Of a stretch of DNA of 64,000 nucleotides, positions 19,008 to 28,781 are shown one piece after another. The notes under the pieces are model-generated. The model made no database searches. It saw nothing but the letters and a program-made list of their open reading frames with translations, and was not told the DNA's origin. The translations under genes and the position numbers were made by a program. Source of the stretch: Candidatus Moraniibacteriota bacterium (lineage in GTDB: Bacteria; Patescibacteriota; Minisyncoccia; Moranbacterales; DUUL01); NCBI GenBank assembly GCA_027008775.1, contig JALVDV010000003.1, forward strand, positions 12,340 through 76,339, read 5' to 3'. The first letter of the stretch is position 1; every line of letters begins with the position of its first letter.

Positions 19008-19469
19008 CTACCGACTGATTTTAATAATTTTATGCGCAACCGTTCGCCCATTCGGCAAAGTCATCTCCACTTCCTCACCCTTTTTCTTTCCTAGCAGGCA
19101 AGCCCCCAAAGGCGATTCATTGGAAATCAAACCGTTAGCCGGATCCGCTTCATTGGCGCCCACAATCGTAAAAACACTCTTGGTTCCATTTGTTTCCACT
19201 TCCACCACGCAACCGATTTTCACCACATTGATTGAATTATCCTCCTCCACCACTTCTGATGTCCTAATGATATTTTCCAATTCCATAATTCGTCCTTCAT
19301 TCTCTCTTTGCTGTCTCTTAGCTTCAATATACTCAGCGTTTTCACTTAAATCGCCTTGTTCTTTGGCTTCTTTTATGGCCTGAGCGATTGCCCTTCGTCT
19401 TGATAATTTGCGCTCGTCCAATTCTTTCTTTAATTTTTCAAATCCTTTTTTAGTTAAATATTTCATCAT
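19008..19469 (-). CDS. greA: transcription elongation factor GreA
   Basis: LTKKGFEKLKKELDE...GDLSENAEYIEAKRQQRENEGRI coiled-coil plus FKBP-like C-domain. Confidence 0.9.
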   Translation of the reverse strand: MMKYLTKKGFEKLKKELDERKLSRRRAIAQAIKEAKEQGDLSENAEYIEAKRQQRENEGRIMELENIIRTSEVVEEDNSINVVKIGCVVEVETNGTKSVFTIVGANEADPANGLISNESPLGACLLGKKKGEEVEMTLPNGRTVAHKIIKISR

Positions 19470-19545
19470 TTTTTGTATTTACAGAGCCTTCAAATTAAGC
19501 AAAAACTTAATTAAAACTCGTCGTTAAAGATTAATTCCGTTTTAT

Positions 19546-19620
19546 TGGTAGCCCGTAGGGGAATCGAACCCCTGTTACCAGGATGAAAACCTGGCGTCCT
19601 AACCACTAGACGAACGGGCC
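19546..19620 (-). tRNA. tRNA-Glu (anticodon TTC), CCA encoded
   Basis: Minus strand GGCCCGTTCGTCTAGTGGTTAGGACG CCAGG TTTTCAT CCTGG ... GGGGTTCGATTCCCC TACGGGCT A CCA. Confidence 0.85.
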
Positions 19621-19777
19621 ATTAATTCATTTTCTCCCTAAAAAACACAAAAAACCATCAAAATAGACAGACTTATACTACCCGAAAAACAAATTTTGTC
19701 AACCACCGACCCAAAGCGGAACTTGAAAAGATTCCAAAGTAAAAACTTAGACACTGTCAAAAGCCAAATAAACAAAT

Positions 19778-22477
19778 CTACAATTCGCTCCAATTTTTAC
19801 CCTGACTAACATCCACCACTAAGGGAACCTTTAATTTATAAACTCCTTCCATTAACCGCTTTATTTTTTGTCCAAATTTCTCTGCCTCTGTTTCCGCCAC
19901 CTCCACAATCAATTCATCATGAATTTGCAGTTCCAACTTGGCTGTCGGAAATTTTGGCAAAAGCTCTTTGCCTATTTTTACCATAGCCATTTTCATAATA
20001 TCGGCCGTCAAACCCTGCATCGGAAAATTTATTGCCGCCCTTTCTTCCGCCGCGCGCAACCTACCATTGTCAGAATTAATATTGGGAAAATAACGTCGGC
20101 GCCCCAATTCTGTTTCCGCATAGCCCTTTTTCTTAACCTCCTCCTTAATTCTCTCCAAAAAATTAACCAATTTTGGAAAATTCTTTTTATATTCTTCCAT
20201 AAAAAATTCCGCCCTCTCCTTACTTACTCCGCTATCTCTCATAAAACCGTAAACTCCCATTCCATAAAGCATGCCAAAATTTAAAGATTTGGCTTCTCGT
20301 CTTTGTTCTTCCGTCACTTCTTCCGGTTTCACTTTGTTCACCCAGGCAGCCGTGGAACGATGAATGTCACCATTTTCACGAAAAACTTTTATCATCCTTT
20401 GATCACCGGACAAATGAGCCGCCACTCGCAAATCAAATTGGGAATAATCAGCCGAAAGTAAGACCTTTCCTTCTTCCGCCACAAAAGCTTTTCTGATTAG
20501 ATGAGCCACTCGCCCGTATTTGGGAATATTCTGTAAATTAGGATTAGTGGAAGAAAGCCGACCGGTAGCCGTTCCCATTTGATTAAAAGTGGTATGAATT
20601 CGACCATCCTTCTGCACCAACCTTGGCAAAGGATCGGCATAAGTGTTTTTTAATTTGGCATATTCTCTAAACCTCTCAATGTATTTAATAATCTTGTGCT
20701 TTCCGCGCAACCTGGCCAACTGTTCGGCATCGGTTGAGTAGCCTTCCTTGGTTCGTTTAATATCGGTCGTTGGCAATTTCAGTTTTTCAAACAACACCTT
20801 CGCCAATTGCGCCGGAGAATTGATATTGAATTCTTCTCCGGCCAATTGATAAATTTTCTTCTCTAAAACAGACAACTTCTTATCCAAAAAAACGGAAAGT
20901 TTATCCAAAACACCTTTATCAACTTTGATACCGTTTAATTCCATTTTCGCCAAAACTTTTGTCAAGGGCTGTTCTATCTTTGAAAAAAGCTTAGCTATTT
21001 TTTTGTACTCTTTTGCTTGTAAACGCTTGCGATAAAGTGATGCCAGCCGACCAACCCAGCCAGCCTTCTCGGCCACCAATTTTTTTTCTTCCAAACTCAA
21101 TTCACCCCACAAATCCGACTGACGTTTCGCCGGTAAATCATTTTGAAAAGTGGCGCCAAACTCCAAAAAAATTAACTTCTCCAGCTTCACCTTGCTTATT
21201 TTTCCCAAAAGAAAAGACACTAAAAAAATGTCAAATTGCTTGCGAGCTGTTTTTTGTAAATCAAAACCAAATTGGTAATCAACTAATTCCAGAAACAACT
21301 TTCCATCAAAAACATATTTTTTTATACCTCCGGATTGAAACAAATCCTTCCCTTGTTTTATCAAATCACTTTTTAGAAAATAAGTTTTCTGACCACCGGC
21401 AAACATGCCCAGTCCCAGTGGTCGTGCCGAATAAAATTTTTCCGTATCCGTAGCCAAAAAATAAGAAAATTCTTTTTTCCGTTTAATCTTTGCCAACAAT
21501 TTCTGCCACTCCATCTCCGAGCTTATTTCCTGAAACTCAAACTTCTTTTTCATTTTTTTCATCGCACCTGTTAAAGAAGAATTTAAATAACCATTTTTGT
21601 CACTAAACAATCTCTTGTACAAACTCTCAAATCCCATTTCTTGAAAAAATTTCCCCAAACCATTCTTGTTTAAATTCTCTACCTTGGCTTTTCCCAAATC
21701 CAAATCGTCAATCGGCACATCGGTTTTAATCTTGGCCAAACTATAACTCAAAAAGGCCTCTTTTTTGTGTTCTAACAATTTCTTTTTAACCGCCGGCTTA
21801 TCTATTTTATCCAAATTTTTGTAAATGTTTTTCAGGGAACCGAATTTCTGTAAAAGAGCCACCGCCGTTTTTTCGCCAATTCCTTTCACCCCCGGAATGT
21901 TGTCGGAGGGATCACCCCGTAAAGCCTTATAGTCAACAATCTGCTCCGGCTTTAGATGAAATTTTTCCTCCACCGCTTTTTCATCGTAAATCGCCGTGTC
22001 TTTTACTCCCCGCCGCAAAGTAAAGATACTGGTATCTTTATCTACCAACTGAGCCAGATCCATATCCCCGGTAACAATCAAAGTGTCCAGCTTTTTCTCA
22101 ATCTCCGGATTCTTGGAAATTGTGCCCAACACATCATCCGCCTCATAACCCTTCTTGGTGTAAATCGGAATTCCGTAAGCTCGCAACATTTTTTGCGCCA
22201 GAGGAATTTGTTCATATAAATCATCGGGCGCTTTTTTACGATTAGCCTTGTATTCTTTAAACTCCTTGTGCCGAAAAGTCGGACCTTTAACGTCAAAAGA
22301 GGCGATAATGTAATCCGGTTTTACCTTTTCCATCATAGAAAATAAAGTCAAAGCAAAACCGTAAACCGCCCCGCTGGGACGACCATCTTTGGTCGTCAAG
22401 AAAGGTAAAGCGTGATAAGCCCGATGCACCAAAGCATTACCATCAATAAGAGCAAGAACTTTTTTCTTTTTATTCAT
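19778..22477 (-). CDS. polA: DNA polymerase I
   Basis: 5' nuclease domain (LALIDGNALVHRAYHA), polymerase motifs A/B/C (DYSQFDLR, RREAKSLNFGMLYG, HDELIVEV); the track ORF extends to a GTG at 22492, the ATG at 22477 is the likelier start. Confidence 0.95.
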   Translation of the reverse strand: MNKKKKVLALIDGNALVHRAYHALPFLTTKDGRPSGAVYGFALTLFSMMEKVKPDYIIASFDVKGPTFRHKEFKEYKANRKKAPDDLYEQIPLAQKMLRAYGIPIYTKKGYEADDVLGTISKNPEIEKKLDTLIVTGDMDLAQLVDKDTSIFTLRRGVKDTAIYDEKAVEEKFHLKPEQIVDYKALRGDPSDNIPGVKGIGEKTAVALLQKFGSLKNIYKNLDKIDKPAVKKKLLEHKKEAFLSYSLAKIKTDVPIDDLDLGKAKVENLNKNGLGKFFQEMGFESLYKRLFSDKNGYLNSSLTGAMKKMKKKFEFQEISSEMEWQKLLAKIKRKKEFSYFLATDTEKFYSARPLGLGMFAGGQKTYFLKSDLIKQGKDLFQSGGIKKYVFDGKLFLELVDYQFGFDLQKTARKQFDIFLVSFLLGKISKVKLEKLIFLEFGATFQNDLPAKRQSDLWGELSLEEKKLVAEKAGWVGRLASLYRKRLQAKEYKKIAKLFSKIEQPLTKVLAKMELNGIKVDKGVLDKLSVFLDKKLSVLEKKIYQLAGEEFNINSPAQLAKVLFEKLKLPTTDIKRTKEGYSTDAEQLARLRGKHKIIKYIERFREYAKLKNTYADPLPRLVQKDGRIHTTFNQMGTATGRLSSTNPNLQNIPKYGRVAHLIRKAFVAEEGKVLLSADYSQFDLRVAAHLSGDQRMIKVFRENGDIHRSTAAWVNKVKPEEVTEEQRREAKSLNFGMLYGMGVYGFMRDSGVSKERAEFFMEEYKKNFPKLVNFLERIKEEVKKKGYAETELGRRRYFPNINSDNGRLRAAEERAAINFPMQGLTADIMKMAMVKIGKELLPKFPTAKLELQIHDELIVEVAETEAEKFGQKIKRLMEGVYKLKVPLVVDVSQGKNWSEL

Positions 22478-22489
22478 TGTTTTTACAAT

Positions 22490-22543
22490 CACGAATCTAC
22501 AAATATTGTATTCGTAAATTCGTGGTTTATTTGTAGATTCGTG
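22490..22543. promoter_or_regulatory. 16-bp inverted repeat CACGAATCTACAAATA...TATTTGTAGATTCGTG just upstream of polA
   Basis: Read directly; an extra ATTCGT copy lies in the spacer. Confidence 0.4.
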
Positions 22544-22761
22544 GTAATAATTACTTCTACTTTTAGATAATATTGTGGATTACAGACTTTCAACATTTTG
22601 CCTTTAGCTCTCTTATACTATCACAAACCACCAAAATCCGCACTAAAATTTAACAGTCCATCCGGAAAAACCTAAAATTAAAACATCAAGACAGAGTTCT
22701 TTTCACAAAAAATTTTTCAACCTCGCCTCGGAAGAGAAAACCGAGGCGGAAAGGAGAAATC

Positions 22762-22917
22762 GGTGAAAAAAAAGAAAATAAAGAAGAAAAGAAAAAACAA
22801 AAAAACAAAAGCCTCCGCTCATTCTTGCAATCTCTGCAACAAGCCACTGCAACCGGGGCAATATTCTCCCTGTCCCAAGTGCAGGAACACCGCCGTATAT
22901 GCCTGCCGCTGGAAATA
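22762..22917 (+). CDS. small basic C4 zinc-ribbon protein (51 aa), unannotated
   Basis: GTG start 7 nt after AAGGAG; translation MKKKKIKKKRKNKKTKASAHSCNLCNKPLQPGQYSPCPKCRNTAVYACRWK has CxxC-N13-CxxC; followed by a terminator; absent from the ORF track only because it is under 60 aa. Confidence 0.55.
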
Positions 22918-22931
22918 AGTTTACAAACAAA

Positions 22932-22965
22932 CCCCGGCCAAAGCATCAAGCTGACCGGGGTTTTC
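22932..22965 (+). terminator. rho-independent terminator after the small zinc-ribbon ORF
   Basis: CCCCGG-N17-CCGGGG followed by TTTTCAC. Confidence 0.5.
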
Positions 22966-23060
22966 ACAAAATGGCAATTATATAGATGCCCCCGCCCTTA
23001 CAGGCGGGGAATTCCCGCTGATTTAAACATCAAATCGCAAACTACACCCCACCCGTCTTC

Positions 23061-23160
23061 TTCGCGCCATCATTATCTCACGACCGTGTCATTATGAACA
23101 GCATACTATATGCGCTATTTTTCTGCGCTTCATCATCTCGCGGTCGTGTTATTATGAACA
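23061..23160. repeat. two ~38-bp imperfect direct repeats ending in ATTATGAACA
   Basis: gcgccatcattatctcacgaccgtgtcattatgaaca vs gcgcttcatcatctcgcggtcgtgttattatgaaca; the internal 10-mer is inverted between copies (CACGACCGTG vs CGCGGTCGTG). Confidence 0.5.
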
Positions 23161-23339
23161 AATTCCAAAAACCCGCATCCATCAAACGCAAACCAATACC
23201 GATTTGACAAACAAGCCCAAAAAGCTTAAAGCTAAATTGATAATTTTTTATTTGGGTTATTTTATTGTTTTCCATTCAAGGTATTCTCGTACTTTTGTTT
23301 TTAAAAAAATTTTTACTTTTGATAAAGAAATGTTTTGCT

Positions 23340-23660
23340 GGTGTTTAAAGATAATTTCTTCTTCAACAACATCAGCAAAATAAGCCAAGCTTTTTAAAGC
23401 CTACTATCTTTTGGTTTAACCCCATAAACCAATAACCAAAGGTTTATGGATTTTTTGCTCCAGTCTGATTTAACAAAATTTTTAATTGCTTCTTTAATTT
23501 CTTTTTTAGAATAATTTTCCCTTAACCAATCAATCGCCTATTCAGTGCCAAAATCAAGAATGTTCTTAATAATAATTTGCTTGTCTTTTTCTTTGTCCAT
23601 CGTTTCTAAATCATAAGACCACAAAAACAGCTCCAAAATACAGGTAGCTTCCTATTTTTT
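23340..23660 (-). pseudogene. possible frame-disrupted gene remnant
   Basis: Minus-strand conceptual translation gives ...MDKEKDKQIIIKNILDFGTE*AIDWLRENYSKKEIKEAIKNFVKSDWSKKSINLWLLVYGVKPKDSRL* with an in-frame TAG; no intact ORF. Confidence 0.25.
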
Positions 23661-23834
23661 CTTACCACTTTGATTGTTTCTTTTGTACTCCAACATACAG
23701 TTATTGTAGTATTTTTCAGACCATTTTCAACTCTTGCCCCAAAAAGTTTGCTAGAGAAAAAAGAATATTTTATACTGAAGAACAATGCTTAAAGGCTTTG
23801 GCAAATTTTAAGTTTCAAATTAAAATTATTTCTT

Positions 23835-26800
23835 ATGTCAAATAAAAAATTCACCCATCTCCATGTTCACACCCACTACAGCTTACTGGACGGATTGGGA
23901 AAAATTGATGATATCTTAGACCGCGTCCAAGAACTGGGCATGAACTCCATTGCCATTACCGACCATGGAGTAATGTACGGTGTTCCCGAATTTTATGATA
24001 AAGCCACTCAAAGAGGCATCAAACCAATCATTGGTTGTGAAATGTACCTGGCGCCCAATGGCTTGGAAAACAAAAGAGCCGGCATTGATGACACCCGCTA
24101 TCACCTTACCCTTTTAGCCAAAGACAACATCGGTTACAAAAACTTGATGAAATTGGTCACCATCGCCCACTTGGAGGGATTCTATTACAAACCTCGTATT
24201 GACATGAAAGTTTTGCGAAAATATTCCCGGGGACTAATAGGTATGAGCGGTTGCCTGCAAGGAGAAATCGCTCAACTGGCCATCAGCGGAAAATACAAAA
24301 GCGCCAAAAAAAAGGCCTTGGAATATCAAGAAATTTTCGGAAAAGACAACTACTATTTGGAACTGCAACACTTGCCCAACCTTCCGGAACAAAAAATAGC
24401 CAATGAACAACTCTTGAAAATATCCAAAGAAACCGGCATTCCGGTGGTAGCCACCGCCGATCTTCACTACATCTACCCGGAAGATGGAGAAATTCAAGAC
24501 ATTTTGGTTTGTATTCAAACCGGTCAGAAACTGAGTGATACTAACAGAATGTCTATGACTGACCATAAACTCCACCTGAAATCTCCGGAAGAAATGTGGC
24601 GGTATTTCAAAGATATTCCGGAGGCCCTGGAAAACACCCAAAAAATCGCCGAGAAATGTAATGTCAATATTGAATTTGGTAAAACCAAATTGCCAACTTT
24701 CAAAGTTCCCAAAGGTTACAGCGCCAGTAGCTATTTACGTGAACTTTGCGAAAAAGGAATTAAAGAGAGATATTTGGACAGAGGTTTGGAATTCACCGAA
24801 AAACATCGTCAACGTTTGGAATATGAACTGGGCATCATCAAAAAAATGGGCTTTGACGCCTACTTTCTTATCGTAGCTGATTTCATCAACTGGGCTAAAA
24901 AACAAAAAATTGCCGTTGGCCCCGGTCGAGGTAGCGCCGCCGGCAGTTTTGTTTCTTACCTAACCAAAATTACAGATATTGATCCCATTAAGTACGATCT
25001 GCTTTTTGAACGTTTTCTTAATCCTGACCGTATTTCCATGCCTGATGTTGATGTTGACTTTTCCGATCATCGTCGCGATGAGGTTTTGGCCTACGTCCGC
25101 AAAAAATATGGCGATGACCACGTTGCCCAAATCATCACTTTCGGAACAATGGCTGCCAAAGCTGCCATCCGAGACGCCGGCCGAGTTCTAGGTGTGGAAT
25201 ATTCTTACTGTGACAAACTTTCCAAAATGGTGCCCGATTTCACTAAACTTGACGAGGCTCTCAAAACCAGCAAAGAACTGGCTCACGAATACGCCAATAA
25301 CCCCGACGCCAAGAAAATCATTGATGCCGCCAAAAAATTGGAAGGAGTGGCTCGTCATGCCTCCGTCCATGCTTGCGGAGTAGTCATCACCGCCAAACCG
25401 GTAGTAGAATACTCCCCTTTGCAATATATGAGTGGCAAAGGCAAAAATGAAAATGCCATCGTCACCCAATACGCCGCCTCTTCCAAAGCTTCTTACGTGG
25501 AAAAAATCGGGCTTCTGAAAATGGACTTTCTCGGCTTGAAAAACTTAACCATCATTGAAAATGCCATTTCTATCATTAAAGCCACCACTGGAGACATTAT
25601 TGAGGTCGACAAAATTCCTCTGGATGATCCCGTAACCTACAAACTTTTCCAACGAGGGGATACTACCGGAATCTTTCAACTGGAATCCGCCGGAATGAAA
25701 AGATATCTCAAACAACTGAGACCGACCACCTTTGAAGATATTATTGCCATGGTCGCCCTTTATCGCCCCGGCCCAATGGAATGGATTCCCGACTTTATCG
25801 CCGGCAAACATGGTAAAAAGCAAATTACCTATCTTCACCCCAACTTGAAACCGATCTTGGAAAAAACCTATGGAGTAGCCGTTTACCAGGAACAAGTAAT
25901 GCAAATGGCCCAAGTTATTGCCGGCTTCAGCGGAGGCGAAGCCGATGTTCTCAGAAAGGCCATGGGTAAAAAAATTCCGGAAATAATTGCCAAGGAAAAA
26001 ATAAAATTTATCGAGGGAGCTCAAAAACAAGGCCTTGATAAAAAGTTGGCCGAAAAAATATTTTCTTTCATTGAACCATTCGCCGGCTACGGTTTCAATC
26101 GTTGTTTAACCGGCGACACCTTGATTACAGACGCAAAAACCGGAGAACAACGAACGATAGAATCTCTTTTTGAAGATTATAAAAACAAGAAAAAACTACC
26201 AAATGTTTTAACTTTAGATGAAAAAACGTCCAAATTAAAAACCGGCAAAATCACAAAGGTTTACAATAACGGAATAAAGAAAGTTTATAAATTGAAAACC
26301 GCTTCAGGAAGAGAAATTGTTGCCACTTCTAATCACCCCTTCTATACTTTCTCCGGTTGGAAGACCTTGAAAAATTTAAAAACCGGAGATTTCATCGCCG
26401 TAGCCAGAAAATTACCAATTAAAAATAAGCAAAAATTTCCAATTAAAAATTTCCAATTGATTGTCCTCGGTTATTTATTGGCTGAAGGAAATTTATGTCA
26501 CCCCCACGGTTTCTATTTCTACTCTACCGACAAATTAGAATTGGAAGATTATACCAACAATTTACTGAAATTTAAAAACACCAAGGCCACTAAAAATACC
26601 AGCAAATCAACTACATCCATTTATGCCGGTAGAATTAATCTAAACAAAGAATCAGAAGCAGTTAAATGGATAACCTCTCTCGGACTTAAAGGACAAAAAG
26701 CAACTAACAAAAAGTTTCCTTCCTTTGTATTTAAGCTAAACAACTCTCAACTATCTTTATTGCTGGCTAAAATGTTTCAAGGAGATGGCTGTATTAATTT

Positions 26801-28781
26801 AAAAAGAAAAGATCCTCAAATTTTCTATGCAACCTCATCAAAAACTTTAGCCCAGCAATTACAACACCTACTGCTACGATTAAACATGATGGCAACAATT
26901 CATAAAAAGAACTTTAAGTATCGCAACACCGTTAAAGTCGGCTACACCCTCACTATCAGTCGTTATGACAATATCAAAAATTTTTGTCAATCCATTGGTC
27001 AATATTTGATTGGAGAAAAAAAGAAAAATATCAAAACAATTTTAAAAAACCATCCTATTATCAATAAAACAATAAAAGAAAATTCCGCCCGAGGCAGTAA
27101 GGATATTATTCCTGCGGAAATACTTCCCCTGATAACTGCTTCTATAAAAAAGAATAACTACACCATTAAAGAATTTGCTAAAAAATACGGCTTTGCGGAA
27201 AGATTATTTTTTTCTGACAAAAAGAAAAAGGGGTACCTGCGCGAAACAGTTAAACTTATCGCTTTAAAATTAAAAGACGCCCAGTTACTTAACATTGCCA
27301 CTTCCGATATTTATTGGGATAAAATTAAATCCATTCGTAAAAAGGGACAACAAAAAACTTATGATTTAACAATTCAAAACACCCATAATTTTGTTGCCAA
27401 TGACATAATAGTTCATAATTCTCACGCCGCCTGTTACGCCCTAATCGGCTACCAAACAGCTTATCTCAAGGCTCACTACCCGGTTCAATTTATGGCCGCC
27501 CTTCTCAACTCCGACAAAGGCGACACTGACCGTATTGCCATTGAAATTGAAGAAGCTCGTAAAATGGGTATTAAAGTACTCCCTCCGGATATAAACGAAA
27601 GTTTCAACAACTTTGCCGTTGTTAAAAATTCTCCCACTCCGGAAAAAGTTTTAAAAGTAAAAAATGGCAAAGTCCTGAAACCGGAGGAAATAAAAGAACA
27701 AGCGGAAAAAATGAAGACTAAACACTCCCAAAAGCAGGATTCAATCGAATTTAACACCATCCGTTTTGGGCTGGAAGCCATTAAAGGCGTGGGCGCGCAT
27801 ATCGTAGATAAAATCATTGAAGAAAGAAAATTAAACGGACCCTTTAAAGATGTAGTTGATTTGGTGGAAAGAGTGCAGGATAAAGACTTAAACAAAAAAT
27901 CCTTGGAAGCTCTAGCCAAATCAGGCGCCTTGGATAGTATCTCCGACGGCAATCGCAATAAAATACTGGAAAACATCCCTCTGCTTCTCAACCACGCCAA
28001 GTCTCACCAAAAAACGATTGCCAGCGGCCAGTCTTCATTGTTTGGCGGAAATGATGACAATCCCGGCCTTGAAGCTCCGCAATTGGTTCTCCAAGAAACA
28101 CCCAATGTTTCCAAGAAACAAAGACTGTCTTGGGAAAAAGAACTTCTTGGCCTATACATTTCCGATCATCCCTTAAAAAACTTTCAAAATTTTTTCCAGA
28201 AAAATGCCACCCCTATCAGAAATCTTGGTCCCCAGCACTTAGATCAACTTGTAACTATTGGCGGAATCATAACAAAAATACAAAAAGTTTACACCAGACG
28301 CAATCAATTGATGTATTTTGCCACTCTGGAAGACGGGCTGGGAAAAATAGAAGTCTTGGTTTTTCCCAAGGTTCTGGAGAGAGACTACGATCTCTGGAAA
28401 GAAGAAAACATTGTTCTGTTAAAAGGACGTTACTCCGAAAAAGATGGCGAACCAAAATTGATTTGCGAAAACGGCTCTCTTATCAATGAAAAAGAATTAA
28501 AAAAGTACGAAAGCCAATCAAATACTCCCTTCTCCAAAAATCAAATATCCTCAACAAGAAAAATGTCTCCGGCAAAAAATCTAATTATTGAAATTTCCCC
28601 AAATACTCTGCAAAAAATAACCGCTTTAATTGCCCAACAAAAAAAAGGAGATAGCCGAATATATCTTACCGTCGCCAACTCCGACAAAAAATTAGAAACA
28701 AGCTATCAAATAGAATATTCCGACTCCCTCTTGCAAAAAATTACAAATATAGTTGGAACAGATAAAGTAAAAGTCATATAA
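23835..28781 (+). CDS. dnaE: DNA polymerase III alpha subunit, intein-containing
   Basis: PHP domain (HLHVHTHYSLLDG), polymerase core, OB fold; the 1648-aa length comes from an intein inserted between ...FAGYGFNR and SHAACYALIGYQTAYLKAHYP. Confidence 0.95.
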   Translation: MSNKKFTHLHVHTHYSLLDGLGKIDDILDRVQELGMNSIAITDHGVMYGVPEFYDKATQRGIKPIIGCEMYLAPNGLENKRAGIDDTRYHLTLLAKDNIGYKNLMKLVTIAHLEGFYYKPRIDMKVLRKYSRGLIGMSGCLQGEIAQLAISGKYKSAKKKALEYQEIFGKDNYYLELQHLPNLPEQKIANEQLLKISKETGIPVVATADLHYIYPEDGEIQDILVCIQTGQKLSDTNRMSMTDHKLHLKSPEEMWRYFKDIPEALENTQKIAEKCNVNIEFGKTKLPTFKVPKGYSASSYLRELCEKGIKERYLDRGLEFTEKHRQRLEYELGIIKKMGFDAYFLIVADFINWAKKQKIAVGPGRGSAAGSFVSYLTKITDIDPIKYDLLFERFLNPDRISMPDVDVDFSDHRRDEVLAYVRKKYGDDHVAQIITFGTMAAKAAIRDAGRVLGVEYSYCDKLSKMVPDFTKLDEALKTSKELAHEYANNPDAKKIIDAAKKLEGVARHASVHACGVVITAKPVVEYSPLQYMSGKGKNENAIVTQYAASSKASYVEKIGLLKMDFLGLKNLTIIENAISIIKATTGDIIEVDKIPLDDPVTYKLFQRGDTTGIFQLESAGMKRYLKQLRPTTFEDIIAMVALYRPGPMEWIPDFIAGKHGKKQITYLHPNLKPILEKTYGVAVYQEQVMQMAQVIAGFSGGEADVLRKAMGKKIPEIIAKEKIKFIEGAQKQGLDKKLAEKIFSFIEPFAGYGFNRCLTGDTLITDAKTGEQRTIESLFEDYKNKKKLPNVLTLDEKTSKLKTGKITKVYNNGIKKVYKLKTASGREIVATSNHPFYTFSGWKTLKNLKTGDFIAVARKLPIKNKQKFPIKNFQLIVLGYLLAEGNLCHPHGFYFYSTDKLELEDYTNNLLKFKNTKATKNTSKSTTSIYAGRINLNKESEAVKWITSLGLKGQKATNKKFPSFVFKLNNSQLSLLLAKMFQGDGCINLKRKDPQIFYATSSKTLAQQLQHLLLRLNMMATIHKKNFKYRNTVKVGYTLTISRYDNIKNFCQSIGQYLIGEKKKNIKTILKNHPIINKTIKENSARGSKDIIPAEILPLITASIKKNNYTIKEFAKKYGFAERLFFSDKKKKGYLRETVKLIALKLKDAQLLNIATSDIYWDKIKSIRKKGQQKTYDLTIQNTHNFVANDIIVHNSHAACYALIGYQTAYLKAHYPVQFMAALLNSDKGDTDRIAIEIEEARKMGIKVLPPDINESFNNFAVVKNSPTPEKVLKVKNGKVLKPEEIKEQAEKMKTKHSQKQDSIEFNTIRFGLEAIKGVGAHIVDKIIEERKLNGPFKDVVDLVERVQDKDLNKKSLEALAKSGALDSISDGNRNKILENIPLLLNHAKSHQKTIASGQSSLFGGNDDNPGLEAPQLVLQETPNVSKKQRLSWEKELLGLYISDHPLKNFQNFFQKNATPIRNLGPQHLDQLVTIGGIITKIQKVYTRRNQLMYFATLEDGLGKIEVLVFPKVLERDYDLWKEENIVLLKGRYSEKDGEPKLICENGSLINEKELKKYESQSNTPFSKNQISSTRKMSPAKNLIIEISPNTLQKITALIAQQKKGDSRIYLTVANSDKKLETSYQIEYSDSLLQKITNIVGTDKVKVI
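26103..27419 (+). mobile_element. intein with LAGLIDADG homing-endonuclease domain inside dnaE (about 439 aa)
   Basis: Starts CLTGDTLI (block A), TSNHPF (block B), two LAGLIDADG motifs (VLGYLLAEGNL; LLAKMFQGDGCIN), ends ...NDIIVHN followed by Ser +1; splice junctions fall in a conserved DnaE motif. Confidence 0.85.

Noticed and set aside
22686-22967. Minus-strand ORFs 22686..22967 and 22703..22930 (Phe-rich)
   Set aside because: They are mirror images of the Lys-rich plus-strand 51-aa ORF (AAA vs TTT). They lack an RBS, and the plus-strand ORF has an RBS, a C4 motif and a terminator.
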